Shown: piece by piece, positions 18,594-28,524 of the stretch | Position numbering within the stretch: position 1 is the stretch's first letter | Layout: each line of letters starts with the position of its first letter | Source: Chthoniobacterales bacterium | Lineage (GTDB): Bacteria; Verrucomicrobiota; Verrucomicrobiia; Chthoniobacterales; UBA6821 | Length of the DNA stretch: 64,000 nt | Reading direction: 5' to 3' | Assembly (NCBI GenBank): GCA_026461395.1 | Contig: JAPJNA010000049.1 | Span: 69,538-133,537 of the forward strand | Position numbers and translations under genes: made by a program | The notes under the pieces: model-generated | Told to the model about the DNA's origin: nothing | Database searches by the model: none | What the model saw: only the letters and a program-made list of their open reading frames with translations

Positions 18594-19985
18594 TCAAACG
18601 AACTTCCCGGGATTCAGGATATCTTTCGGATCGAGGGCTTTCTTAATGCGGGTGTGGAGATCGCGGAGTTCGGAAGATGTGGCCTCATTCCACCAGCGTT
18701 TCTTGGCTAGGCCGATGCCGTGCTCTCCGGTGATGGCTCCTCCCCACTTGATGACTTGGGTAAAGAGAGCGTCGAGGACTCCCTCTATCTCCTTGGGGCG
18801 CTTGGCCTGCTGTTCCTTGGAGACCATGACATTCACATGGATGTTGCCGTCTCCGGCATGGCCGAAGCAGGCGATGGGGAAGCCGGTTTGCTTCTGTAGT
18901 TTTTCGGCGAAGGTAATGAGGTCGACGAGGCGGCCACGGGGGACTGCGATGTCCTCGTTGAGCTTGGTGAGTCCGGTGGCCTTGAGCGAGGCCGAGAAGG
19001 CACGGCGCAGGGCCCACATGCGTTCGCAGCGCTCGGGGGAGGTGGCAAGTTCCACCTCGAGGGCTTTGTTCTTTGTAAGGAGGGCCTTAAGAGCCTTGCC
19101 TTCGCTCAGGACACTAGCCTTCTGGCCGTCGAGCTCGACTAGCAGGTGAGCCTTACCTGGAGGGATGAAGGTTCCCTTCAAGTTCTTGTGCGGGTTGCGG
19201 GCTGACTGGAGGGTGAAGCTATCAGCCACCTCCATGGCGCAGGGGAGGTAGCCGGCCTTGAAGATCGCTTGGACAGCGGCGGCGGCATCCTGCATGGAGC
19301 CGAATCCTGCCGAGAGGGTCACGCGGGCGGGAGGCAAGGGAAGGAGTCGCAGGGTCGCCTCGGTGATGACTCCGAGCATTCCCTCGGAGCCGACGAACAT
19401 CCCGACCAGGTCAAAGCCGGTCTTATTCTTGTGGGTACGTCCACCGACCCGGACGAGGGTACCGTCGGCGAGGGCAACCTGAAGTCCCAGCACATAGGGA
19501 CGGGTGACGCCGTACTTGAGGCAACGAGGACCCCCTGCATTGGTGGCGATATTGCCGCCAAGGGAGCAGTCCTTATAGCTCTGCGGATCGGGCGGGTAGA
19601 ATAGCCCCTTCTCCTGAACCTGCGTCTGAAGCACTCCCGTAATGACATTCGGCTCCACCACGGCGACGAAGTCCTCTCCGTTGATCTCCCTGATGCGGCT
19701 CATCCGGTGCATGCTCATGAGAATGCCGCCCCGCACAGGAACGCATCCGCCGACATAGCCATGGCCGGCACCGCGTGTGGTCACGGGGATGCCGTGCTTA
19801 TTCGCATAGCCGAGCACGACGGCGACCTCCTTGGCGTTTCCAGGTGCAACCGCGATCTTGGGAAGAGCCGAGGCAAACCACTTGTCCCTCCCGAGTTCGG
19901 CTAGACGCTCAGGATTAATGATGACCCCGGCCTTGGTCGAGATGAGTTTGCGGAGATCCCGCTCGAGAGAAGGATAAGATTTCAA
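18594..19985 (-). CDS. FAD-linked oxidase (GlcD / D-lactate dehydrogenase family)
   Basis: 463 aa. TTRGAGHGYVGGCVP, SLGGNIATNAGGPRCLKYGVTRPYVLGLQVAL, GHAGDGNIHVNV, GEHGIGLAKK. TTG start. Confidence 0.88.
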   Translation of the reverse strand: MKSYPSLERDLRKLISTKAGVIINPERLAELGRDKWFASALPKIAVAPGNAKEVAVVLGYANKHGIPVTTRGAGHGYVGGCVPVRGGILMSMHRMSRIREINGEDFVAVVEPNVITGVLQTQVQEKGLFYPPDPQSYKDCSLGGNIATNAGGPRCLKYGVTRPYVLGLQVALADGTLVRVGGRTHKNKTGFDLVGMFVGSEGMLGVITEATLRLLPLPPARVTLSAGFGSMQDAAAAVQAIFKAGYLPCAMEVADSFTLQSARNPHKNLKGTFIPPGKAHLLVELDGQKASVLSEGKALKALLTKNKALEVELATSPERCERMWALRRAFSASLKATGLTKLNEDIAVPRGRLVDLITFAEKLQKQTGFPIACFGHAGDGNIHVNVMVSKEQQAKRPKEIEGVLDALFTQVIKWGGAITGEHGIGLAKKRWWNEATSSELRDLHTRIKKALDPKDILNPGKFV

Positions 19986-20010
19986 CTTTCAGCCTTCAGG
20001 TTTTCTAAAC

Positions 20011-20787
20011 CTACATTCCCATGATCTCGTAGCCGCCATCGACATAGATCACCTGGCCGGTGATGCCACTGCCACCATCGCTGGCTAGGAAGACGCCGGT
20101 ATGGCCGAGTTCCTCACCGGTGCAGGTGCGGCGAAGAGGAGCATGCTCTTCGTAATGCTTGATCATGGTGCCGAGGCCGGAGACGCCGCGGGCGGCGAGG
20201 GTATTCATCGGGCCCGCGCTGATACAATTCACACGGATCTTCTTGGTGCCGAGATCGTAGGCAAGGTAGCGGGTACTCGCTTCCAGCGAGGCCTTGGCGA
20301 CGCCCATCACGTTGTAATGAGGGACGACCTTGACGGATCCATAGTAGCTCATGGCGGTGATACTTCCACCGTCGGTCATGAGGGGGGCGGCTTCGCGGGA
20401 GAGGGCGACCAGCGAGTAGGCACTGATGTCGTGGGCTCTCATGTAGGCGTCGCGACTGGTGGAGAGGAAATCCCCTTCCAAGGCTTCCTTCGGAGCAAAG
20501 GCAACGGAGTGGAGTAGGAGATCAAGCTTAGGGGTAGCCTCGCGGACTTTGCCGAAGAAAGTGGTGATCTCAGCATCGCTTGAGACGTCACAAGGCTGGA
20601 GGAAAGTGTCGGCCCCAAACTCAGAGACGAGTTCCTCAACGTTTTCCTTCAGGCGTTCTCCCTGATAGTTGAAGAGGAGGGTGGCTCCGGCCTGCTTCCA
20701 GGCCTTGGCAATGTGCCATGCGATGCTGCGTTTATTGGCGACGCCGAAAACAACGCCGACTTTACCTGCGAGTGGTCCGTTACTCAT
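20011..20787 (-). CDS. fabI: Enoyl-[acyl-carrier-protein] reductase (NADH)
   Basis: 258 aa. GKVGVVFGVANKRSIAW, SYYGSVKVVPHYNVMGVAKASLE (Y-x6-K), INCISAGP. Confidence 0.93.
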   Translation of the reverse strand: MSNGPLAGKVGVVFGVANKRSIAWHIAKAWKQAGATLLFNYQGERLKENVEELVSEFGADTFLQPCDVSSDAEITTFFGKVREATPKLDLLLHSVAFAPKEALEGDFLSTSRDAYMRAHDISAYSLVALSREAAPLMTDGGSITAMSYYGSVKVVPHYNVMGVAKASLEASTRYLAYDLGTKKIRVNCISAGPMNTLAARGVSGLGTMIKHYEEHAPLRRTCTGEELGHTGVFLASDGGSGITGQVIYVDGGYEIMGM

Positions 20788-20922
20788 CCCACTAGAAAGC
20801 CTTCTCTATCCCCCTCCTGTCACGCAAAAACCTTGCGAAAAAAATGTGAAATGTCTTCTTGGCCGCAGCCGCGAACTTTTCCACCCCAATCTCTTTCATC
20901 CCCTTCATCCCTGTGAATTCAT

Positions 20923-21810
20923 TCAGCCCCTGGGATGAAATTTCCTGTGAACCGACTTGAGTTGGCTTCGGTCAACCTGGGTGTAGATTTGCGTTGTTGC
21001 GATGGAGGCATGGCCAAGCATCTCCTGGATGATGCGCAGATCGGCGCCGCCGGCTAGTAGATGGGTGGCGAAGGAGTGGCGGAGCTGGTGTGGGTGGATG
21101 GCCTCTTCTATCCCGGCGATCTTTGCGTAATGGCGGACTAGTTGCCATATACGTGCCGGTGTGAGTTTGTGTCCCCGCACGGAGAGAAAGATCTCTCCGC
21201 CTGATTTCGACGAGACGATCTTGGGACGTGCATTGCTCAGGTAGAATTTCAATGCATCCAGAGCGGCGCGTCCCACCGGAATCAACCGCGTCTTGCTACC
21301 TTTTCCGGTGACTCGAATAACGCCGCCTTCCTCATCGAGATTTTCTAAGCGGACGCTGCAGGCTTCGGCAATACGAAGGCCACAGGCATAGAGAAGCTCC
21401 AGCAGGGCGCGGTCGCGCATTTCCAGAAGAGTCTCTCCCGCTGGGGCTGCGACCAGTTTCGCCATGTCGGTTGGAGAGAGGGGTTGAGGGAGAGTCTGGG
21501 GCAGACGTGGGAGGGGCAGCTTCTCGGCGGGATCGCTTGCGATGCGGCTACGGGCGGTCAGAAATCGGAAGAAGATCCGCAGGGCAACGGCCTCGAGCTT
21601 AATCGAGGTGGCAGAGAGACCCCGTTTCTTCTCCGCAATCAGAAACTCGGAGAGGAGAGGAGGGGTGACGGCCACTACCGATTCAATCCCCCGACCAGCA
21701 GCCCAAGCGACAAAGCGTTCCAGCGAGGCCCGAGTCGAGAGTTGATAGTTGGTCGAGAGACCTCTTTCTGTCGCCAGATAAAGCAGGAAGCTGTCGATGC
21801 ACTCCTGCAT
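20923..21810 (-). CDS. Tyrosine site-specific recombinase, XerC/XerD family
   Basis: 295 aa. ACGLRIAE, HQLRHSFATHLLAGGADLRIIQEMLGHASIATTQIYTQV (R-H-R-Y catalytic set). Confidence 0.9.
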   Translation of the reverse strand: MQECIDSFLLYLATERGLSTNYQLSTRASLERFVAWAAGRGIESVVAVTPPLLSEFLIAEKKRGLSATSIKLEAVALRIFFRFLTARSRIASDPAEKLPLPRLPQTLPQPLSPTDMAKLVAAPAGETLLEMRDRALLELLYACGLRIAEACSVRLENLDEEGGVIRVTGKGSKTRLIPVGRAALDALKFYLSNARPKIVSSKSGGEIFLSVRGHKLTPARIWQLVRHYAKIAGIEEAIHPHQLRHSFATHLLAGGADLRIIQEMLGHASIATTQIYTQVDRSQLKSVHRKFHPRG

Positions 21811-21818
21811 CTCCGTGA

Positions 21819-22709
21819 TCAGGAAACGGAAGCAGGATTCGGTGCCGTTAGCCGCGTGAGGGCCTCATGGTACTTCTCCGCGGTCTTTGCAACGATCTCT
21901 GCAGGAAGTTCAGGAGCGGGTGGTTGCTTGTCCCAGCCGCAGTTCTCGAGCCAGTCCCGAACGAACTGCTTATCAAAGCTCGGAGGACTGCCGCCTGATT
22001 TGTATTGGTCGGCTGGCCAGAAGCGTGAGGAGTCAGGCGTCATGCACTCGTCGATCAGGATGATCTCGCCGTCATGAATCCCGAACTCGAACTTCGTGTC
22101 GGCGATGATGATGCCGCGGGAGGCGGCATAGGCACGCCCATGCCGGTAGAGATCGAGGCTCATCTGCTTCACCCTCAGGGCGACTTCGTCACCCAGCAAA
22201 GCACGGCACTGGGACCAGCTGATCGGCTCGTCGTGGCCCTCCTCGGCCTTGGTGCTCGGCGTGAAGAGATCTTCGGGGAGGCGGTCGGACTGTTGTAGTC
22301 CCGCTGGCACCGCATAGCCACCCACCGTGCCCTCCTTCTCGTATTCCTTCCATCCAGAGCCGGCGACATAGCCGCGCACGACACACTCGACGGGAAGCGG
22401 CTTCGCCTTCTTCGCGATCATTGAGCGACCGCGCAGGATGTCGGCATACGGCTTTAACTCAGAGGGGAAGGCCGAGACCTCGGTCTCGATCATGTGATTC
22501 GGAATAAAATCGAGGCGATGGAACCAGAAGGTCGAGAGTTTGTTCAGCACCTCCCCCTTGCCCGGGATGGCGTTTGGCAGAATGCAGTCGAAAGCGGAAA
22601 TGCGGTCTGTGGCTACCAGCAGGAGGTTCTCTCCAATGTCGAAGACTTCGCGGACTTTGCCGCTGCGGAGTTTCGTGATGCTAGGCAGATCGCAGGTGAG
22701 AAGATCCAT
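21819..22709 (-). CDS. purC: Phosphoribosylaminoimidazole-succinocarboxamide synthase (SAICAR synthetase)
   Basis: 296 aa. GKVREVFDIGENLLLVATDRISAFD, IIIADTKFEFG, DECMTPDSSRFW. Confidence 0.93.
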   Translation of the reverse strand: MDLLTCDLPSITKLRSGKVREVFDIGENLLLVATDRISAFDCILPNAIPGKGEVLNKLSTFWFHRLDFIPNHMIETEVSAFPSELKPYADILRGRSMIAKKAKPLPVECVVRGYVAGSGWKEYEKEGTVGGYAVPAGLQQSDRLPEDLFTPSTKAEEGHDEPISWSQCRALLGDEVALRVKQMSLDLYRHGRAYAASRGIIIADTKFEFGIHDGEIILIDECMTPDSSRFWPADQYKSGGSPPSFDKQFVRDWLENCGWDKQPPAPELPAEIVAKTAEKYHEALTRLTAPNPASVS

Positions 22710-22713
22710 AAGG

Positions 22714-22746
<33 letters not shown>

Positions 22747-22828
22747 GAAAAAGGCGGGTGAAAAATATGGGATCTCCATATTTCGTTGCGTCAAATTTTC
22801 CTGATGGGACTCATGCAACTCATTCGCC

Positions 22829-23188
22829 TCATTCGCTGACCCGAGAACGCCCCTTCTTGACTTCGGAGCGGTGACGCTTTCCTTCCACCAGTTTTCTCTT
22901 CTCAGAGCGGGATCTCGGAGCAAGCCTACGGCGAGTCTTGGCTGCGGCCGCCCTAGCCTTTTGTCGCCTGAGGGCAATTTGTTCGGTGAGCTTTGCCGTC
23001 AGGCGCTCTCTGGCAATCTTGCGGTTCATGCTCTGACTGCGGGAGTCAGTGACCGTGACAGAGAGGCCGCTCGGGATATGGGTGAGCGTCACGGCCGTGG
23101 AGACCTTGTTCACATGTTGGCCTCCGGGACCCGAGGAACGGGCGAAGCTTTCCGTGAGGTCTTCATCGAGGAGTTGAACGGGTTCCAT
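22829..23188 (-). CDS. arfB: Alternative ribosome-rescue factor / peptidyl-tRNA hydrolase ArfB (YaeJ-like)
   Basis: 119 aa. SSGPGGQHVNKVSTAVTL (GGQ motif) plus a basic C-terminal tail (RRQKARAAAAKTRRRLAPRSRSEKRK). Confidence 0.88.
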   Translation of the reverse strand: MEPVQLLDEDLTESFARSSGPGGQHVNKVSTAVTLTHIPSGLSVTVTDSRSQSMNRKIARERLTAKLTEQIALRRQKARAAAAKTRRRLAPRSRSEKRKLVEGKRHRSEVKKGRSRVSE

Positions 23189-23235
23189 GGGATTTATTCA
23201 GCGGTTCCTTAGAATTCTCTAAATTTCTTTATGGC

Positions 23236-23256
23236 TTCATAATTCATAATTCATAA
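23236..23256 (+). repeat. Perfect heptamer tandem repeat x3 (TTCATAA) running into a start codon
   Basis: TTCATAA at 23236-42, 23243-49 and 23250-56. The last A is the A of ATG 23256. Confidence 0.9.
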
Positions 23257-24200
23257 TGCAATCTTTTCCCATGTTTACCCACCAAGTCTTGGAATCCGTT
23301 GCCGGACCTCTTGACCAGATCACTGATGAGGCAACTGGGCTGCGCCTTATCATCTGCCGGATCGGTGCGGAACCGGTGAGTCTAGCCCTTCGTAATGGCA
23401 AGGAGGAGTGGGAGGGGTTTCTCTGGCGCGACGGTCAGGTGGAGAAGCCCGCCTCGGGCTGGGGCAACCACGCAACGGTCATGGGATATTTTGTACATCG
23501 CCTCTGGAAGCAGGAATCCGTGTACGAGGGGCACCCGATCAAGGGGGGGAACCACGGATTTGTCCGCAGTCACGCCTTCCCTGAGCCTGATGTCGATCTG
23601 GCGACTGGGACGATGACCTATCATGTCGATCCCACAGAGATCCCATCAGATGCCTATCCCTACAAGGTGGCGATGCGCCTTATCTATGGCATCTCCCAGG
23701 GAAGCATGCGGATGAGGTTCGAATTTGAAAACCGCGAGGTGCACCCCGTGGTTCTGAGCTTTGGATGGCATCCCGGATTTGATGTCGGCTCGCTAGAGAG
23801 CGCCAGGGTTCTTCTGCCTGCCGGCAACTATCGCAGAGAGATGGCTCCAGGCGATTTCCTCGACGGGACTATTGAGGAAATTCCCTTTGCCGGCGGCGAG
23901 ATGCCTTTCTCGAAAAAGGATCTTCCCGGCTCCTTTCTTCTCGATCTGGAAGAAGTCAGTGACCGTCGCTTTATTCTGGAGGCTCCTGCTCTGGGCCATC
24001 GCATCGAGTGCGATTACTCCGAAGCCCCTTACCTGACGCTCTGGAGCAATGGGGATCCCTTCGTGTGCGTCGAACCCTGCTGGGGATTACCGGATCACAA
24101 CCCTCCCGTTCCCTTCGAGCAGAAGAAGGGAATCCAGCATATCACGGCTGGTTCGACGATCTCGGCCTCCCTCGCGGTAACCCCCTCATTCCTTGGCTAA
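23256..24200 (+). CDS. Aldose 1-epimerase (galactose mutarotase-like) family protein
   Basis: 314 aa. LSFGWHPGFDV and YLTLWSNGDPFVCVEPCWG resemble mutarotase-fold proteins. Alternative start at ATG 23271. Confidence 0.6.
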   Translation: MQSFPMFTHQVLESVAGPLDQITDEATGLRLIICRIGAEPVSLALRNGKEEWEGFLWRDGQVEKPASGWGNHATVMGYFVHRLWKQESVYEGHPIKGGNHGFVRSHAFPEPDVDLATGTMTYHVDPTEIPSDAYPYKVAMRLIYGISQGSMRMRFEFENREVHPVVLSFGWHPGFDVGSLESARVLLPAGNYRREMAPGDFLDGTIEEIPFAGGEMPFSKKDLPGSFLLDLEEVSDRRFILEAPALGHRIECDYSEAPYLTLWSNGDPFVCVEPCWGLPDHNPPVPFEQKKGIQHITAGSTISASLAVTPSFLG

Positions 24201-24276
24201 TCCTCTGATAGCCCTTGGATAGTCCTTGGTTGAGCCTCTTGCGAAAGCAGGCCCGTACTGCTAATTATTTTCTCCC

Positions 24277-25704
24277 TTGAAAACTCAGAAAGATCTCTCT
24301 CCCCAGCAAAAGCAGTCATGGCTCAAGGCCGTCAGTGCCATGGAGCAGAAGAACTTCCCCTATGTCATCCAGATCTGCCAAGGATTGCTCCAAAGCATGC
24401 CTGATTTTTTAGACGGCAGGAAACTGGCCCGTAAGGCTGCAATCGAGAAGTCAAAGACGATCAAGAAAGGTTTCTTTTCAGGTCTTGGCGGAGGATCCTC
24501 GATGGCTCTTATGAAGGCTGGAGGTTTCAAGAGAAAAGATGACCTTGTAGCTCTCCTTCCTCTGTTGGAAGAAATCCTGGCCGACGATCCCTTCAACGCT
24601 CAGGCGAATACCTTTCTTCAGGAAGCTGCCCTGAAATGGACCCCCCCCATGAAGGAACTTGCCTTCTTTGCCTTCGAAACAACCCTCGAGGGTAATCCCA
24701 AGGATAAAGTTCAGCTTAACCGCTTCGCTTCCTTCTGCATGGAAATGGATGAAAACGGAAAGCCCAGAGATCCGGCACGCGCCGTGGAACTTTACAACAA
24801 ACTCCTCGCGATCAATCCCAATGACATGCTTGCTATGAAGGGTAGCAAGGATGCCTCGGCCTCCCAATCGGTTCAGCAGGGCGGATGGGAAGTCGCCGAT
24901 AGCTATCGTGATCTCATCAAAAATAAGGAAGAGGCTGTCTCTCTGGAGCAGCAGTCGCGCGTCGTCAAAAGCGACGAGATGATCGATACCCAAATCGCTG
25001 AACTCTCTGCCGCCGTGCAGACGGAACCGCAGAGTGTTGATAAATCACGCAAGATTGCAGAGCTCTTCGAGCAGAAAGGGGATTTGGAGAATTCTCTCGA
25101 GTGGTACCGATACGTGCTTGGACTCTCCGGAGGCGCTGACACCACGATCAGCCGGAAGATCAGTGATCTGCAGTTGCGCCAGATCGACGATGCCTTCACA
25201 GCTCGCGAAGAGTACTTGGCCTCATCGCCTGATGATCCTGAGGCTCCCCGTTACCACGAGGAAATGAAGGAACTGCGGAAGCAGCGTGCACTCTTTGTCC
25301 TCACGGAGGCACGAGAGCGTGTCGAACGAAATCCAACGGATCTGATCGCCCATTTTGATCTGGGAGTTGCCCTGATGGATGCGGGGGAACCACAGGATGC
25401 GATCGGTCATTTCCAGAGAGCTCGCATGAACCCCAGCATCCGCCTCAAGGCAATGGGCAAGCTGGGGCAGTGTTATGTGGCTCGCAATATGAACGACCTT
25501 GCGGCGAAGACTCTCTCCGATGCCGTCGCCGAATTGGTCGGGATGGATTCGGTCAAAAAGGATCTGCTCTACAATCTCGGGAGCGTCTATCGGTCCATGA
25601 ACGAAACCGAGAAGGCCGTCGAATGCTTCAAGCAGATCTACGAAGTCGATTACGGTTATAGGGATGTAGCGACACTTGTCGAATCCTCCTACGGCCAAGG
25701 TTAA
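24277..25704 (+). CDS. TPR-repeat protein
   Basis: 475 aa, with helical repeat architecture and several TPR-like units (for example AVELYNKLLAINPND, AIGHFQRARMNPS, AVECFKQIYEVDYGY). TTG start. Confidence 0.65.
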   Translation: MKTQKDLSPQQKQSWLKAVSAMEQKNFPYVIQICQGLLQSMPDFLDGRKLARKAAIEKSKTIKKGFFSGLGGGSSMALMKAGGFKRKDDLVALLPLLEEILADDPFNAQANTFLQEAALKWTPPMKELAFFAFETTLEGNPKDKVQLNRFASFCMEMDENGKPRDPARAVELYNKLLAINPNDMLAMKGSKDASASQSVQQGGWEVADSYRDLIKNKEEAVSLEQQSRVVKSDEMIDTQIAELSAAVQTEPQSVDKSRKIAELFEQKGDLENSLEWYRYVLGLSGGADTTISRKISDLQLRQIDDAFTAREEYLASSPDDPEAPRYHEEMKELRKQRALFVLTEARERVERNPTDLIAHFDLGVALMDAGEPQDAIGHFQRARMNPSIRLKAMGKLGQCYVARNMNDLAAKTLSDAVAELVGMDSVKKDLLYNLGSVYRSMNETEKAVECFKQIYEVDYGYRDVATLVESSYGQG

Positions 25705-25722
25705 GACAGGGACGATCCGGGG

Positions 25723-28434
25723 TTAGATCTTCCCTGCAGCGATCAACTCCTTGGCCTTCGCCAACGCGCCGGAGAGACCCGAGATGTCTCGACCGCCACC
25801 TCGCGCGCTGTCTGGCTTGCCACCACCTTTGCCTCCCACGAGAGGTGCCACGGCGGAGATCAATTTGCCAGCGGGAAGTGTTCCCTGATGGGCTTTGCCC
25901 ACCGAGGCCATGAGTGAGACGGCTCCATCCGAGACCCCGGCTAGGAAGATGACCCCCTCGAAGGAGGCTTTCAATGCGTCGGCCACGGACTGAAGCGTAT
26001 TGCCATCGGCTCCGGGAATTTCCTCCACGATCGAGGGAATCGCGCCTGCGGCGGCTTTTTCGATTAGATCCTTGGCAATTCCTGCGGCTTCGCGCTGACG
26101 GAAGGAATCCAACTCTTTTTCCAGTTCTTTCTGACGCGCCAGAGTGGCTTCGAGCTTCTTCTCCACTTCGGCAAGAGGGGATCCAAGACGAGATGCCATG
26201 GCCTGTAGGCGTTCGGCATCGCTCTTCGAGGCGCTACGTGCCTCGTGGCCCGCCACAGCCTCGATGCGACGGATTCCTGCCGCCACTGCTGCTTCGCTCA
26301 CAATCCGGAAGAGGCCGATTTCCCCTGTTCCACGGACATGGGTTCCGCCGCAGAGTTCCATCGAGTAGCCATCAAACGCTCCGGGCATACCTCCGATCTG
26401 AACGACTCTGACGACATCTCCGTACTTGTCACCGAAGAACTGGAGGATGCCGGACCGCCCCTTCACTTGGGCATAGGGCAACTCGTGCCAGCTGACCGAT
26501 GCATTCTCGAGAATGCACTCGTTGACCAGGCGTTCCACGTTAGAGATCTGATCGGGACTCAAGGCGCCGCTTGAAAAGTCAAAAGTGAGCTTCTCGGGGC
26601 CTACGTAGGAACCTTTTTGGGAAAGCGTCTCACCAAGAGTTTCGCGAAGAGCCCAGTGCAGAAGATGAGTGACGGTGTGGTGGCGCTGGATGGCGGCACG
26701 CCGAAGATGCTCGATGGAGAGAATAACAGTGGCTCCCGGGAGTGGGGGCTCCTCGCCTTCGGTCAGCTCCAATAAATGGAGCCATGTGGGACCATTCTTC
26801 TGAGTGTCGGTGACGCGCCAAAGAGAACCGCCGGCAGAGAGCGATCCAGAGTCCCCTAGTTGCCCACCCATTTCGGCATAGCAGACGGAGCGATCAAGAA
26901 TGACGGCCGTCCTGTCCTTGATGCGGACGATCTCCAATACCGTGGCCTCGGTCTCTGCTGAATCGAATCCTGTGAAGTCCGTGGGGGTTGTCGTCTCAAG
27001 CGAGGAGACGCTGATGATTTCCTTTTTCTGGGCTGCTCGCGCACGTGCGCGTTGCTGCTGCATGAGAATCTCGAAACCGGAATGATCAACGGAGAGTCCG
27101 CGCTCGCGGGCAAGGAGTTCGGTGAGGTCGAGCGGGAATCCCTGCTCGTCATAGAGACGGAACGCCACCTCGCCGGAGATCTCCTTTCCCTTCGTTGCCT
27201 CGGTCTCGAAGAGGGTCAGGCCCTTGTCGAGGGTCTTATGGAAAGCCTCTTCTTCTCTCTTTATTGTCTCGGTGATGAGGGATTCCTTGGAGCGCAGCTC
27301 AGGGAAAGCCTCTCCCATGAGTGAGACCAGAACTGGCGTTAGTTTGTAGAGGAATGGGGCGTTGAAGCCGAGTGTGCGTCCGTAGCGGACGGCGCGGCGC
27401 AGGATGCGGCGGAGGACGTAGTGGCGTTCAGCGTTGCCGGGCTGGATGTTGTCGGCGATCGCGAATCCGAGCGTGCGCAAGTGATCGGCAATGACGCGGA
27501 AGGCAATGTCATCCTTCTCCTGATCCGTGACGGGAACCATCGCCCCATCGCCCGAGGGTTGGGGAAGTGTCGAACCGTACTTCCGGCCGCAGAGGGTGCC
27601 GATGGCCTGGAAGATCGGGCGAAAAAGGTCTGTCTCATAGTTGGAGATCACAACATTGCTGAACTCTGTGAATCCTTTCGTGCATTGGATCACGGAGCAG
27701 ACCCGTTCGAATCCCATTCCGGTATCGACGTGGCATGCGGGAAGGGGAACGAAAGAGCCGTCCGGATTTGCATTGAACTGGATGAAGACCAAATTCCAGA
27801 TCTCGATGCACTCGGCGCTACCTTTGTTGACGAGCACTCCCTTGGTATCGCCGGCCGGAGTCAGGTCGATATGCAGCTCCGAACACGGGCCGCAGGGGCC
27901 AGTCTCACCCATCATCCAGAAATTATCCTTCCGATTTCCGGGAACGACATGGATCGAGGGATCGAGTCCCTTGGAGAGGAAAAATTCCGACCAGAGTGCG
28001 TGGGCTTCGGCATCGAAGGATGCCGGATCGCCTTCCACGGGGCTGTAGACTGTTGCGTAGAGACGCTCAGCGGGGAATTTCCAGCGATCGACGAGCAGCT
28101 CCCATGCCCAAGTGATCGCCTCTTTCTTAAAGTAATCGCCGAAGGACCAGTTTCCCAGCATCTCGAAAAAGGTGTGGTGATAGGTGTCGAGCCCGACATC
28201 CTCAAGGTCGTTGTGCTTGCCTCCAGCTCGGATACACTTCTGAGTGTCGACGGCACGCGCTGGGGAATAGGGACAGGGGGTTGTGCCAAGAAAAATTGGC
28301 ACGAACTGGTTCATCCCGGCGTTCGTGAAGAGAAGGTTAGGGGAGTCGGGCAGCAGACTGGAGGAAGGAACGATGGTGTGCTCCTTGCTGCGGAAGAAGT
28401 CGAGGAATGAACGGCGGATCTCGGTGGAGGTCAT
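25723..28434 (-). CDS. alaS: Alanine--tRNA ligase
   Basis: 903 aa. FLDFFRSKEHTIVPSSSL, FTNAGMNQF, the editing-domain HTVTHLLHWAL and CGGTHV motifs, and a C-terminal DHHA1-like end. Confidence 0.97.
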   Translation of the reverse strand: MTSTEIRRSFLDFFRSKEHTIVPSSSLLPDSPNLLFTNAGMNQFVPIFLGTTPCPYSPARAVDTQKCIRAGGKHNDLEDVGLDTYHHTFFEMLGNWSFGDYFKKEAITWAWELLVDRWKFPAERLYATVYSPVEGDPASFDAEAHALWSEFFLSKGLDPSIHVVPGNRKDNFWMMGETGPCGPCSELHIDLTPAGDTKGVLVNKGSAECIEIWNLVFIQFNANPDGSFVPLPACHVDTGMGFERVCSVIQCTKGFTEFSNVVISNYETDLFRPIFQAIGTLCGRKYGSTLPQPSGDGAMVPVTDQEKDDIAFRVIADHLRTLGFAIADNIQPGNAERHYVLRRILRRAVRYGRTLGFNAPFLYKLTPVLVSLMGEAFPELRSKESLITETIKREEEAFHKTLDKGLTLFETEATKGKEISGEVAFRLYDEQGFPLDLTELLARERGLSVDHSGFEILMQQQRARARAAQKKEIISVSSLETTTPTDFTGFDSAETEATVLEIVRIKDRTAVILDRSVCYAEMGGQLGDSGSLSAGGSLWRVTDTQKNGPTWLHLLELTEGEEPPLPGATVILSIEHLRRAAIQRHHTVTHLLHWALRETLGETLSQKGSYVGPEKLTFDFSSGALSPDQISNVERLVNECILENASVSWHELPYAQVKGRSGILQFFGDKYGDVVRVVQIGGMPGAFDGYSMELCGGTHVRGTGEIGLFRIVSEAAVAAGIRRIEAVAGHEARSASKSDAERLQAMASRLGSPLAEVEKKLEATLARQKELEKELDSFRQREAAGIAKDLIEKAAAGAIPSIVEEIPGADGNTLQSVADALKASFEGVIFLAGVSDGAVSLMASVGKAHQGTLPAGKLISAVAPLVGGKGGGKPDSARGGGRDISGLSGALAKAKELIAAGKI

Positions 28435-28524
28435 GGGAAGAAAAGGATGAAGGAAGCCGATGAATCGGATGGGTAGGTAATCAGAAACAGAGTGATCGTT
28501 TCAACGCTGCAACTTTTTAACCTT

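Noticed and set aside
27705-27714. GTTCGAATCC, a T-arm-like tRNA motif
   Set aside because: It lies inside alaS coding sequence, with no acceptor, D or anticodon arms around it. I found no convincing tRNA anywhere in the window by eye. A tRNAscan-type search would be the definitive check.
27421-28410. 329-aa ORF antisense to alaS (and other internal alaS ORFs)
   Set aside because: alaS is unambiguous on the minus strand. The plus-strand frame has no recognisable features.
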